Shown: piece after piece, positions 21,520-30,774 of the stretch | Numbering within the stretch: position 1 is the first letter of the stretch | Layout of the letters: each line of letters opens with the position of its first letter | Origin: a phage | Direction: 5' to 3' (one strand) | Length of the DNA stretch: 64,000 nt | Sequence record: PZ476263.1 | Position numbers and translations under genes: made by a program | The notes under the pieces: model-generated | What the model was told of the DNA's origin: nothing | Databases searched by the model: none | The model's input: the letters and a program-made list of their open reading frames with translations, nothing else

Positions 21520-21974
21520 TTACAGCCATAATATATGGCCTTTGTTTTGTAATCCTTGCAACCCGAAAAGAGAGTGGCACGAAGATGGTGGCGGGGATTT
21601 GCCTCGCCTACCTGATTATCGAAAATATAATTTTGTATTATTTCAGCGGTATGATCGTCTTTGACATTTCTCTTTATTTTAATGTCCTCTGGGCATTGGA
21701 TTCGATACTGCTTTTCACTTTAGGTTGCACAGTGAAAGGATTAAGACAAAAGCTAATAGTCGGACTCAGTATACCTTTTATGCTTGTCCAAGTGTTTGCA
21801 ATCCAATACCCAGAACTTTTCCCTCTTTGGGTGTATGAATTCGCTTTCAAGGATGCCCACAAATATTTCATAGAGGTATTTGTGTTTGTATTTTCTTGGA
21901 AGGATAATACAGTCCCTGAGTGGATCAGAACAGCCATAGTAATATTTCTGGTCTTGATTGCTCATTTGGTCTGA
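21516..21974 (+). CDS. polytopic membrane protein
   Basis: About four hydrophobic segments; ATGA overlap with upstream gene. Confidence 0.4.
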   Translation: MITAIIYGLCFVILATRKESGTKMVAGICLAYLIIENIILYYFSGMIVFDISLYFNVLWALDSILLFTLGCTVKGLRQKLIVGLSIPFMLVQVFAIQYPELFPLWVYEFAFKDAHKYFIEVFVFVFSWKDNTVPEWIRTAIVIFLVLIAHLV

Positions 21975-21996
21975 ACATTGATAATGAAGGTGATCC

Positions 21997-22257
21997 ATGT
22001 TAAAATTTCTGAAAGACCTAGTAACCTCCGCAATAGAACCAGATAAGGCTTCACATACGAAGTTTTGGTCCAATGTGGGTATGGCAGCTATGACTGCTGT
22101 CTTTTTATGGTATGGGTTTAATAATACATTACCAGAGTGGTACGTTTGGTTGTATGCCCCAACCGTGGTTGCTCCGCACCTGTTGAGTGACCTAATTAAC
22201 CTTCGCTGGGGATTATCTCTTAAAAAGGATAAAGACCCTTCAGACGAAAACAAGTAA
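21997..22257 (+). CDS. small membrane protein, holin-like
   Basis: 86 aa, two hydrophobic segments, charged C-terminus. Confidence 0.35.
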   Translation: MLKFLKDLVTSAIEPDKASHTKFWSNVGMAAMTAVFLWYGFNNTLPEWYVWLYAPTVVAPHLLSDLINLRWGLSLKKDKDPSDENK

Positions 22258-22269
22258 GAGGAGACAACT

Positions 22270-25200
22270 GTGTCGTCTAATACCGATATTTTAGCTTTGC
22301 TTAATACGGAAGCGGATCAAGCTGTGGACCAAATCATTGAAGACTCTAGAAGACTTCACTTGGTGGTCAATGGTACAGGAACAGAACAAGTAGTTACTGA
22401 AGATGGTAGCCTGATTCCTACAATCCGTAAAGCAATTATTGATAATTTTTATTTCAAAACTCCACCTTTACCTTGGAGAAATGGAGGATCGGTTGTTGAG
22501 TTTAACCAACTGTATGCTTTCACCGATCTGAATGGGAATGTATCTTGGTGGTATGCTCCTGGTGCGACGAGTGCTTCTCCTGTTGTGATGAGAGATAGCC
22601 CAATCAATGATGGTAAGTTTAGACCATTCTTTGATAAAGGTAATATTCAAGACACTTACGCTCCGCTTCTTTCTCCGGCTTTCCGTGGAAACCCTACAGT
22701 ACCACTCCCTCCTGAGGGAGATTCTTCCTTTACCATTGCACCAACTGCATGGGTATCTCGCGAAATTGAAAAGGTCCGTGGTGAAATAGTTGAAGAATCT
22801 CGCGGTGAATTTCAAAACATTATTGTAAGGGACGATGCATCTCTTAAAGACCTCTACGTAAGTGGGGAAGCGATCTTTACAAGTGAGAGAATTGCTGCAT
22901 TGGATTCCGAGCTGTCGCTTAAGCGCTTAAGAATGGCAGGTCCACAAGCGGAGATGGCTTTTGAGCAAAATGGATCCTCCCCTGCTGCGGGACTTACCAA
23001 AAAGACAAATATAAAGCCTTATGAAATAACCACTGGCAGGTTCATTTCCAATACTGTGCAGGCTGACGAGATTAAAGTTGGTGATACCTCTCGTTCAGTA
23101 AACAGTTTGGATGTTGAAGGTTACATGCAGGCTGATTATTTACATCTGGAAGGTAATGCCAATAACGATGCGGAAAGACCTCAGTTAATTGTTGACGGCA
23201 TCGCAGAGATTAAAACTCTTCGCGTTATAGATACAATTGAAGGGTTGAAAGCTGACGTTGAAGGTCTAGATATTAACCCCAATAGTGTCGTAGTTGAAAG
23301 AACTTCAAGGGTAAAAGGTGCAGCAACTTTTGATTCTACCGTAAATGTATCCGGCACAACGACTTTAAATAATGTGGTTATTGAAGGTACGCTAACGGGC
23401 GCAGGGATCGGTGTTGACGGAAAAGATATTGCTCCTCGTTCAGTAAATGCGACTTCTGTAACTGTTGCACAAAATCTTAACGTAACTGGTGAGACTTTTG
23501 CAGCTGGGGATATGACTGTAAATAACCTTAGGGTTAACGGTGCACTCATCGCAGATATCGATATTGAGGGAAGTGATCTTAACTTCACCAACATTAACGT
23601 CTCAGAAAAAGCCACAATAAAAGACCTTGAAGTGACAGGAACTGTAACCGGATTTACTGTAAGTGTTGACGGAGAGGATATTTCTCCTGCAACGGTAACA
23701 ACCTCCGGCAATGTAACTGTTGGAAATAACCTTCGTGTCTCTGGCGATCTTACTGTAGATGGTGAACTGGCAATACCTGCCTTAGATACAGGAGAGATCA
23801 CTGCGGGAGATATTTCAGGTAATTCTTTAACCCTCGACGGCGATCTTACCACAGGTCCAGAGTCTACCACTCGTCTTCATAATCTCGTTGTCACAGGAAC
23901 GACCACAGGCCTCACTGTAACAGCGAATGTAGATGGACAAGACATTCTCCCATCCAGTGTCGCTACAGGCAATCTGGATGCATCTGGAGAGGTTTCAGCG
24001 GCATCTCTGTCGGTTACTGGGGCAACGCAAGTAAAAGACCTGAATATTACAGGGACTGTTACCGGATTACAGATCGATCTTTCTGACGAGGCGGTATCTG
24101 TTGATTCAATAACGGCAAGAAGAACTTCCAACTTCGCAGATATTAGTACGACAAATATCACAAATGCTGAAAAGATTACAACTCAGGATTTACAAATCCT
24201 CGGTGATCTTACAGATGCTGACGGTAACCCATTCTATGCCAATGTGACTGGTCAAGACATCTTACCTAACAGTGTTCAATCTGCAACATCTGTCCGAACT
24301 AAAACTTTACGTGTTGAAGAAACATCTCTTCTTGAAGGAACAGTTACTTTAAATAACGGATTGATTGTTACTGACGGGGACATAACTTCAACGCAAGGTA
24401 TTGCAAAGTTTAACGATGTTCAGATATTTGGTTCTTTAACAGATGCGAATGGTAATGGTATTGGCACTGTTGAAAGTATCCAAGGAAGAGATATTGCCCC
24501 TCGAAGTGTTGTGGCTCAAGTTGATGTTCAGGCCGCAGCCTTAGAAATAACAGGGCAGGCACATGTAGGTTCTTTGATTGTTGATGGAGAAACTACAACG
24601 AGCAGCATAAACATTTCAGGTATTGCAACTGCTAATGAAGTTATTGTTGACACGGTAAGGTCTGGTCAGATAACTTCAGGAAACGTAGTAATAACAAGAA
24701 CTGTAGGCTCTTCTGATCCGGCACTTGAAGTACGTGGCCCAGGGCAGATTCAAGGCGATCTCAGTGTTACTGGAACAATCTCTGGAAACATTGACCTGTC
24801 TGCCAAAGATATCAGTGTAAACTCTTTAACCTCAGCAGGAGCTATAACCGGAATATCTGTTTCTTCCAGCACTTCTGTAACTGGATTGTCTGCTACTTTT
24901 GGTGAAGATTACCCTGAAGCACCTGCCTACGGGATTACATCTTTATCTGGTGCAAACATTAATAAAAACCTTCGTGTTGGTGGTAATTTAACTGTTGTTG
25001 GGAACATCTCTGGAAACATTGATCTTAGTGGGAAGACTATCTCTCCGCAAGAGGTTGATGCAACCACGATTGGAGCTACAAATGCCAATCTGACCAACCT
25101 TACAGTTACCGGAAACCTGACTTTACCTTCAGTACCTTTGACTTCTCAAAGTCTTACGGCGGAGGGTCTTGTTAGTGCAGCTAAGTTTAGCACAACTCCA

Positions 25201-25503
25201 AAAGAAAATACAACCAGTTCTTCTACCTACATCCCTGACGGAACTACAAGCGTTTATAACGTTAACGTAGTAAACGATGTGGAAGTAAGAGCACCGTTGA
25301 ATTTGCTTACAAGTGCTAAAGGAGAATCAATTTTCCTGTTCTTCGAACAAGACTCCATCGGAGGTCATGCTGTAACCTTCGGTTCTGATTTTGTTATTCA
25401 TGGAAGTGAAACCATCAACACGGATCCTAGTTCAATAACTGTGGTAAACATGGTTTATCGTGGTAAAGGTCCTTTGATTGACGTTTTCATCACCCGTCGC
25501 TAA
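22270..25503 (+). CDS. large tail fibre/spike protein with tandem beta-repeats
   Basis: 1077 aa, GTG start with SD AGAGGAG. About eight imperfect repeats of '..TG.(V/L)TG..V.VDG(K/E/Q)DI(A/S/L)P.SV..'. Confidence 0.6.
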   Translation: MSSNTDILALLNTEADQAVDQIIEDSRRLHLVVNGTGTEQVVTEDGSLIPTIRKAIIDNFYFKTPPLPWRNGGSVVEFNQLYAFTDLNGNVSWWYAPGATSASPVVMRDSPINDGKFRPFFDKGNIQDTYAPLLSPAFRGNPTVPLPPEGDSSFTIAPTAWVSREIEKVRGEIVEESRGEFQNIIVRDDASLKDLYVSGEAIFTSERIAALDSELSLKRLRMAGPQAEMAFEQNGSSPAAGLTKKTNIKPYEITTGRFISNTVQADEIKVGDTSRSVNSLDVEGYMQADYLHLEGNANNDAERPQLIVDGIAEIKTLRVIDTIEGLKADVEGLDINPNSVVVERTSRVKGAATFDSTVNVSGTTTLNNVVIEGTLTGAGIGVDGKDIAPRSVNATSVTVAQNLNVTGETFAAGDMTVNNLRVNGALIADIDIEGSDLNFTNINVSEKATIKDLEVTGTVTGFTVSVDGEDISPATVTTSGNVTVGNNLRVSGDLTVDGELAIPALDTGEITAGDISGNSLTLDGDLTTGPESTTRLHNLVVTGTTTGLTVTANVDGQDILPSSVATGNLDASGEVSAASLSVTGATQVKDLNITGTVTGLQIDLSDEAVSVDSITARRTSNFADISTTNITNAEKITTQDLQILGDLTDADGNPFYANVTGQDILPNSVQSATSVRTKTLRVEETSLLEGTVTLNNGLIVTDGDITSTQGIAKFNDVQIFGSLTDANGNGIGTVESIQGRDIAPRSVVAQVDVQAAALEITGQAHVGSLIVDGETTTSSINISGIATANEVIVDTVRSGQITSGNVVITRTVGSSDPALEVRGPGQIQGDLSVTGTISGNIDLSAKDISVNSLTSAGAITGISVSSSTSVTGLSATFGEDYPEAPAYGITSLSGANINKNLRVGGNLTVVGNISGNIDLSGKTISPQEVDATTIGATNANLTNLTVTGNLTLPSVPLTSQSLTAEGLVSAAKFSTTPKENTTSSSTYIPDGTTSVYNVNVVNDVEVRAPLNLLTSAKGESIFLFFEQDSIGGHAVTFGSDFVIHGSETINTDPSSITVVNMVYRGKGPLIDVFITRR

Positions 25504-25504
25504 T

Positions 25505-25530
25505 AAAGGCCCTTCGGGGCCTTTTCTTTT
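25505..25530 (+). terminator. rho-independent terminator
   Basis: AAAGGCCC-TTCG-GGGCCTTT followed by TCTTTT. Confidence 0.55.
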
Positions 25531-25541
25531 AAGGAGATAAC

Positions 25542-26774
25542 ATGATCCCTTTTCCAATTATAAACTTCGGTGCAGGACCTGTAATTCCGGCTGGGGTGAA
25601 AATTAAAAATATTCTTAATAATGTTTCTGGCGGAATCTATCTTTTGCTAACAAATGGTGATCTCTATGTTGTTGGTAATCAGGGCGGAAACGGTCTAGGA
25701 AAGAACGGAACAGCAAATATATTACCTTCTGGGTGGACCCTTACAAACACAGGTGTTGAGGAAGTCTATCCTGCAAGTATTACATATGGTTCTGGTGTGT
25801 GGGTTAAGAAGAATAATAATCTTTATGAGTATACGTCATCTTCAGTATTCCCTGCCGTAGCTACTGAACTAAATAACTCCTGGAACGTATTGCCTGCATC
25901 TTATTACACAATAGGAGGGGTTAATATACTGTCCTCCGCTGTCCAGATAACTAAAAACTACGCTATTCAACCTGACGGCACAGTTTACCAATTCAAAGCC
26001 ACAGGTCCTGAAGTGGCATGGCCCGAGAAGACTAAATACATTTTCGAAAATACCTTTAACCAAGTAAGGGTTGATGTTGACGGAAGTTTAAGATACAACG
26101 GTCCCAACGGGTACGACAGGATAGATGGCACTGTTTCTGGGGCAACTACCACATTGACTTGGAAAACAATAGGCGATTCCACAGTAAGATACGTGAAGGC
26201 AAAATGTTCGAGAGGTCAAATAAGAGATCCTTCCGGCGGGACTGGTGCGGTCCCTATAGTTGCTGTCTTTGCTCAAAGAGAAGATGGAGTTTGGGAAGGA
26301 TGCGGATCTACAGGTAGAGCAGGTTCCTCGCTTGGCAATTTACAAGGACCTACCTTGGGTGTAATGACCGACGTACCTGTGGGTAGTGACCTCTATACAG
26401 GTCAGGTATCCAGTTACAGAGAGGCGAGCTTAGGTGTGAGGACTGCCCTTCAAACATATATTGTAGATAGGGTTACCAATACGTACCTTTCCTCTGGCGG
26501 ACAAGGTGGTGAAACATACTCCCTGTACAGAAACTTACCTATCGCCACAAACTCTACCACTTATGCATCTATGGATCAACAGATAATTGATGATGGTGGT
26601 GTTCTGACGATTGCGGAAGGATTTGGAGATACCTTTGGACTACTTGCTACAAATAATGGGAGTCTTTATTGGGTTGGTAAGGGTTACAGTGGTACTAACT
26701 GGCCTTCTGACTTTAATAACACCTCTACTTATTTAAGTAAGTTCAATCTTGAAGGGATAGTGATTCCTGAATAA
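25542..26774 (+). CDS. putative tail fibre/receptor-binding protein
   Basis: 410 aa, Gly/Thr/Ser-rich beta-type composition, last gene of the late operon. Confidence 0.4.
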   Translation: MIPFPIINFGAGPVIPAGVKIKNILNNVSGGIYLLLTNGDLYVVGNQGGNGLGKNGTANILPSGWTLTNTGVEEVYPASITYGSGVWVKKNNNLYEYTSSSVFPAVATELNNSWNVLPASYYTIGGVNILSSAVQITKNYAIQPDGTVYQFKATGPEVAWPEKTKYIFENTFNQVRVDVDGSLRYNGPNGYDRIDGTVSGATTTLTWKTIGDSTVRYVKAKCSRGQIRDPSGGTGAVPIVAVFAQREDGVWEGCGSTGRAGSSLGNLQGPTLGVMTDVPVGSDLYTGQVSSYREASLGVRTALQTYIVDRVTNTYLSSGGQGGETYSLYRNLPIATNSTTYASMDQQIIDDGGVLTIAEGFGDTFGLLATNNGSLYWVGKGYSGTNWPSDFNNTSTYLSKFNLEGIVIPE

Positions 26775-26775
26775 T

Positions 26776-26810
26776 AAAAAAGGCTCCCAAAAGGGAGCCT
26801 TTATTTTTAT
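26776..26810. terminator. bidirectional terminator between convergent late and early units
   Basis: AAAAAGGCTCCC-AAAA-GGGAGCCTTTATTTTTAT, with T/A runs on both sides. Confidence 0.6.
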
Positions 26811-26819
26811 CCTTGAATA

Positions 26820-27977
26820 TTAGAATGGAATTTCATCATCGAAATCCATCATTCCGTCTGCAACCGACATATCGATGTGACCATCTGAAATCGTAGATTG
26901 AGGAGCATCTTCTTCACTAGGCTTCAGATCCTGCTGTTTTACAGGATCCTCTACCTTGCCACCATTTCGAATCTTATCTTCCAGAGAATTAATGAATCGG
27001 AATGTTTCTTCTGTTTTCTGAATAAATGCATCAATACTTTCATTTCCCCAACGAGCAGAAAGAATACCGGACTGACCTAAACGTGCACCAAATGCATAAT
27101 CATCTAAAGATTTAAATTCATCACGTAGCTTGGCTTTAACAGAATCCATAGCTTGAAGGATCTGTTCTACGATAACACCTTTTTCCAAAACTGATTGTTC
27201 AGGGAACATAGCTTCAGAAATTGAAAGGGCATTTCCGAGGCGAATAGGTAGATCATCTTTCTTACTGCCGCCGGACTTATTGCCTGTTGAGCCGCCTGAA
27301 TTTTTAGGACCATACGCTTTAAAGTTAGTTACTTTACCTTCACCATCCCGCAGACCTGCAATTCGACCATCTTTAGCAATTTGAGCCAACTGATCATTAG
27401 AAAGAACGACAAAAACTTCTTCACCACTTTCCACTTTCACAACCACACGATTCCCATCTACCGATGTAATATCACCATAGATTTTAGTTGCCGTTGCAGA
27501 AGACGTTTGCTGGCCTTGCTGTGCTGACTGTTGGCGAGCCTCTCGTGCACCGGAAGCGTCCGTAACCTTAATCTTAGATTTCTTACCTTCAATTGATTCA
27601 CCTTGCTCACCATTAGCACGAGTAAAGACTTTCTTTGAAACAGGTAGACGAATCTTCATACCCTCTTTCAGATCAACGTAGCCACCTTCAGGATTCTTAA
27701 TCTGGAACTGATTTTCATACTTCAGATTCTTAACTTCACCTTCACCAAAAGAAATCCAAGCCTGATCTTCACCTTCTTTCAACAGAACAGAATATCGATG
27801 AGTATTGTTAATGCTCTTTTGTTGGCCTGTGCTCTTATCCTTGAATGTCGTAACTCGTGGACTGCCGTCTTCATTAATACGTTTGATAACGATTCGCTCA
27901 ATAGTACCCGCAGCGATAGAAACAGTAACATCGTTAACAGCATCGTATACAGAATTAATAACTTTAACTTCAGACAT
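26820..27977 (-). CDS. single-stranded DNA-binding protein-like, acidic C-terminal tip
   Basis: 385 aa, Gln/Ser-rich linker, C-terminus '...MDFDDEIPF' closely matching the E. coli SSB tip (DFDDDIPF). Strong SD. Confidence 0.5.
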   Translation of the reverse strand: MSEVKVINSVYDAVNDVTVSIAAGTIERIVIKRINEDGSPRVTTFKDKSTGQQKSINNTHRYSVLLKEGEDQAWISFGEGEVKNLKYENQFQIKNPEGGYVDLKEGMKIRLPVSKKVFTRANGEQGESIEGKKSKIKVTDASGAREARQQSAQQGQQTSSATATKIYGDITSVDGNRVVVKVESGEEVFVVLSNDQLAQIAKDGRIAGLRDGEGKVTNFKAYGPKNSGGSTGNKSGGSKKDDLPIRLGNALSISEAMFPEQSVLEKGVIVEQILQAMDSVKAKLRDEFKSLDDYAFGARLGQSGILSARWGNESIDAFIQKTEETFRFINSLEDKIRNGGKVEDPVKQQDLKPSEEDAPQSTISDGHIDMSVADGMMDFDDEIPF

Positions 27978-28019
27978 TCAAACTCTCCTTTATTGATTAC
28001 CCTTTCGGGAACAGAAACT

Positions 28020-28048
28020 ATATTACTACTTCAAAACTTCAATTGCAA
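28020..28048 (-). promoter_or_regulatory. sigma70-like promoter
   Basis: Minus strand TTGCAA-N17-TAATAT upstream of the SSB-like gene. Confidence 0.4.
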
Positions 28049-28055
28049 CTACTTT

Positions 28056-28442
28056 TTACAAATAAACACGTTTAGTTTTAGAATCCACACCCTCAAAAAG
28101 TTCATTGATAATGTTTAAATCTTTGATAAAGCGAACAGTAAAGTCCTCATCTTTCAATGCTCGTAAACGGTCACGTTTTACAATCTTAGGTTCACCGTCA
28201 TCATAATTCAAAACATCAGTTAGATCAAAGAGAGTGATCGTAATTTTTGCGTAAGTTTCCTTATCTATTTTTTGGTTCTTGTCAATCCCATAGACTGACG
28301 CAATTTCAAGTTCGTCTGTATCTTTACTGTATACAATGTTGGTATTCATTGCATACTCTACATCAGTCCATTTTGTGATATTACGAGTTGCAGATTTAAT
28401 TTTCCAACTATCGTCTAATTCGTATTTATCAAAAACGCTCAT
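28056..28442 (-). CDS. hypothetical protein
   Basis: 128-aa acidic protein. Confidence 0.4.
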   Translation of the reverse strand: MSVFDKYELDDSWKIKSATRNITKWTDVEYAMNTNIVYSKDTDELEIASVYGIDKNQKIDKETYAKITITLFDLTDVLNYDDGEPKIVKRDRLRALKDEDFTVRFIKDLNIINELFEGVDSKTKRVYL

Positions 28443-28473
28443 CTTTATCTCCTTCGTTTAGGTTGAGGTAATC

Positions 28474-28502
28474 ATCTTACCCCAACCTTTATTACCTGTC
28501 AA
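28474..28502 (-). promoter_or_regulatory. sigma70-like promoter
   Basis: TTGACA-N17-TAAGAT on minus strand. Confidence 0.45.
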
Positions 28503-28942
28503 TACTCTGCGCGAGGTTTAACTACACCAGCTTTAGAAATTGGAAGCTCATCTGCATCTTTACCACGAAGACTATTGATCCATTCCCGTTCTGTCATGAC
28601 ATATTCGTGGTTGTCCTCTTTTGCTAGGCGAACATAAATTTCATAAGCTGACTCTCCGACGGGTCCCATATTACCTCGATCACCTTGTGGACCAGATAAA
28701 ATCTTTTCTACCTGTGCTTTTTCAACGACAGGTTTTGATTTGTATAGCGACCAAATCAGCAGGCCAGTCCAAATAGCCAGACCCGCAAAAGGGTAAATCG
28801 ACAATACAAGTCCCAACAAAGAAAGGATTAAAATAATGTGTTTGTTAAGATGGTCCCGCTTATAAGCGATAACTACAGGAACAAACCAGATCGCCAATAC
28901 AATTAAAGACAGAAAAAGAAAAATTACTATTGCAACATCCAT
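28499..28942 (-). CDS. membrane protein, superinfection-immunity-like N-terminus fused to fibre-like motif
   Basis: Two to three hydrophobic helices ('PVVIAYKRDHLNKHIILILSLLGLV...GLLIWSLY'), then 'GPQGDRGNMGPVGESAYEIYVRLAKED...EREWINSLRG'. Confidence 0.4.
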   Translation of the reverse strand: MDVAIVIFLFLSLIVLAIWFVPVVIAYKRDHLNKHIILILSLLGLVLSIYPFAGLAIWTGLLIWSLYKSKPVVEKAQVEKILSGPQGDRGNMGPVGESAYEIYVRLAKEDNHEYVMTEREWINSLRGKDADELPISKAGVVKPRAEY

Positions 28943-28957
28943 AATGACCTCCTCAGA

Positions 28958-29161
28958 TTAATCGCTTAAAGTAACAGTATCGAAAAACACATCCCGCATC
29001 CACTCTTCAGCGGGACGAATGTAATAACCAGTTTTACCTAGAGATTGGTAATATTTTAAAATCTCTTTGGCAATATCTTTAGTCAAACCTGCCGCTACAA
29101 TACAGCCACCAGGTCCAGAGACTACATGTGTTTTGTATTTATCATTTTTGTTTTTGCTCAT
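28958..29161 (-). CDS. hypothetical protein
   Basis: 67-aa ORF. Confidence 0.3.
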   Translation of the reverse strand: MSKNKNDKYKTHVVSGPGGCIVAAGLTKDIAKEILKYYQSLGKTGYYIRPAEEWMRDVFFDTVTLSD

Positions 29162-29450
29162 TATTCTCTCCCTCTAATTTTTGTTTAAGTTTTTCTGCAT
29201 CCCAACTGTATGAGCTTGGAAGCCCCATTTTAACGTCACTATCTGTAAATGTACATAAAACACCTTTTGCGTCCTGACCCCGTTTAATTATAGAACTATT
29301 ATTATAGTTCGGTTGACTTTTACAAAATTTGTGCAGACTAATAATTTCACTTGGGGTTAAGGATGGTAATTTAGAATAAGAATCTGGTTTTTCATCTTTT
29401 AAATCACAACCTGCAAGAAGAAAAATAAAAGCAACGATTAATTTTTTCAA
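29142..29450 (-). CDS. putative lipoprotein
   Basis: Signal peptide with lipobox (MKKLIVAFIFLLAGC), TTG start with SD GGAGGA. Confidence 0.4.
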   Translation of the reverse strand: MKKLIVAFIFLLAGCDLKDEKPDSYSKLPSLTPSEIISLHKFCKSQPNYNNSSIIKRGQDAKGVLCTFTDSDVKMGLPSSYSWDAEKLKQKLEGENNEQKQK

Positions 29451-29451
29451 T

Positions 29452-29601
29452 TCACGATCCTCCCCAATACTTAAACAATTCTACACATGCGATTGTTGAC
29501 AGTATGAACCATATGGCACTTACAACATTTACATACAGGAATCTACAACCTGCCATAGAAACCATTATAAAGAGGCAGACAAAAGTTTTATAATCAATCA
29601 T
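29452..29601 (-). CDS. small hydrophobic protein (49 aa), not in ORF track
   Basis: ATG overlaps upstream stop (ATGA); product MIDYKTFVCLFIMVSMAGCRF... has two hydrophobic segments. Confidence 0.25.
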   Translation of the reverse strand: MIDYKTFVCLFIMVSMAGCRFLYVNVVSAIWFILSTIACVELFKYWGGS

Positions 29602-30002
29602 TTCTTACTCTCCTTTTTTGATTTTTCGTCTGCATCTACCTGATCTTCCGCCAGACTAATTATCTGATAAACTGTTTCAGGGTTTTGAAGAAACTCTGTA
29701 TATTTCTTGATCCGAACTACGAGTTTTGAACGAACTTTTCTTTCTCTTTCTACTTGCTTGAAGTAATGACCCTTCTGAGTATAAGTCCACGCATAGTAAA
29801 CTGTTTTTGCACGATGGCGGGTTGATTTTAATTTCTCCGCCAGCTCCGTATACGGGTCATTATCTGTGGGACCAAAAAGAAAAATTTGTGCAAAATTCTC
29901 TTTCATAATTTGAGATTCTTCAGGTGTCAGTCGTGGACACTCTTCGGAACCGTACTTAGGACCTTTTACCATTGGTTTTTTAGGATAAACTTTACTATTC
30001 AT
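29598..30002 (-). CDS. hypothetical protein
   Basis: 134-aa basic protein. Confidence 0.4.
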   Translation of the reverse strand: MNSKVYPKKPMVKGPKYGSEECPRLTPEESQIMKENFAQIFLFGPTDNDPYTELAEKLKSTRHRAKTVYYAWTYTQKGHYFKQVERERKVRSKLVVRIKKYTEFLQNPETVYQIISLAEDQVDADEKSKKESKK

Positions 30003-30077
30003 ATTAATACCTCACTCCCGTTATGTTACTTTTACTCCGATGTAAGAGGGGTATTATAACCCCTCTCGATTTATTTA

Positions 30078-30707
30078 TCAATCACAACTTGAAGAACTTG
30101 AACCGCTATCATAAGAGCTACTGTCATAAGAGCTGGATGAACTCTCATAAGATGATGAAGAAGAACTTGAAGAACAAGATCGACTAGGTTCATCGCTCGC
30201 CATAACAGCGGCATACGTTCCAATACCTCCTAAAACACCTGCTGTTAATGGTACGTCATTGTTGCTGTTGACTTGAGTTGTTCCAGATCGAGATGTCGAA
30301 TTATGGGCCTCTTTAATAAATTTACGTTTAGCCTTTGGCGGCAGTTTCTTACCTTGTGCATAAACAGGAAGGTCAACTTCTTTCAATTTCTCATCTAAAG
30401 GTTTAGCCTTTTTAGGTGGAACTTTTTCAAGCTTAGAAACTTTAACAGTTTTCTTGTCGATGTTAACTCCAACGACGACTTCATTTTCTTCCAGATCGGT
30501 TTCAAATTTTTGAATCTTCGGCTTAGTGAAACGAACACTTTCAGACTTAACATTTAAACCAACAGCTTCAACATATTCTTTTACCTTTTGGGGAGCCTGA
30601 ACATTGTTCACATACTTCCGAGAATTAATATACTCATCAACTTTTGAAGTTTCGATCTTGACAGGTACAAAAATAGATTTCACCCAAGAAAATAATTTTT
30701 TAAACAT
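30078..30707 (-). CDS. hypothetical protein with Ser-rich C-terminal tail
   Basis: 209 aa, Lys-rich middle, one hydrophobic segment, C-terminal 'SCSSSSSSSSYESSSSSYDSSSYDSGSSSSSCD' from repetitive DNA. Confidence 0.4.
   Translation of the reverse strand: MFKKLFSWVKSIFVPVKIETSKVDEYINSRKYVNNVQAPQKVKEYVEAVGLNVKSESVRFTKPKIQKFETDLEENEVVVGVNIDKKTVKVSKLEKVPPKKAKPLDEKLKEVDLPVYAQGKKLPPKAKRKFIKEAHNSTSRSGTTQVNSNNDVPLTAGVLGGIGTYAAVMASDEPSRSCSSSSSSSSYESSSSSYDSSSYDSGSSSSSCD
30080..30180 (-). repeat. simple-sequence (Ser-codon) repeat inside CDS
   Basis: Reiterated short units (tcataagagct and gaagaacttgaa variants) on the plus strand. Confidence 0.4.
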
Positions 30708-30739
30708 AACTTCCTCCTTTCAATTTTTAATTCGAGGCT

Positions 30740-30768
30740 ATTGTAATTCAATAGCCTTTGCTTGTCAA
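30740..30768 (-). promoter_or_regulatory. sigma70-like promoter with -10 inside an inverted repeat
   Basis: TTGACA-N17-TACAAT; 9-bp inverted repeat AGGCTATTG/CAATAGCCT spans the -10. Confidence 0.5.
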
Positions 30769-30774
30769 TAAAAT

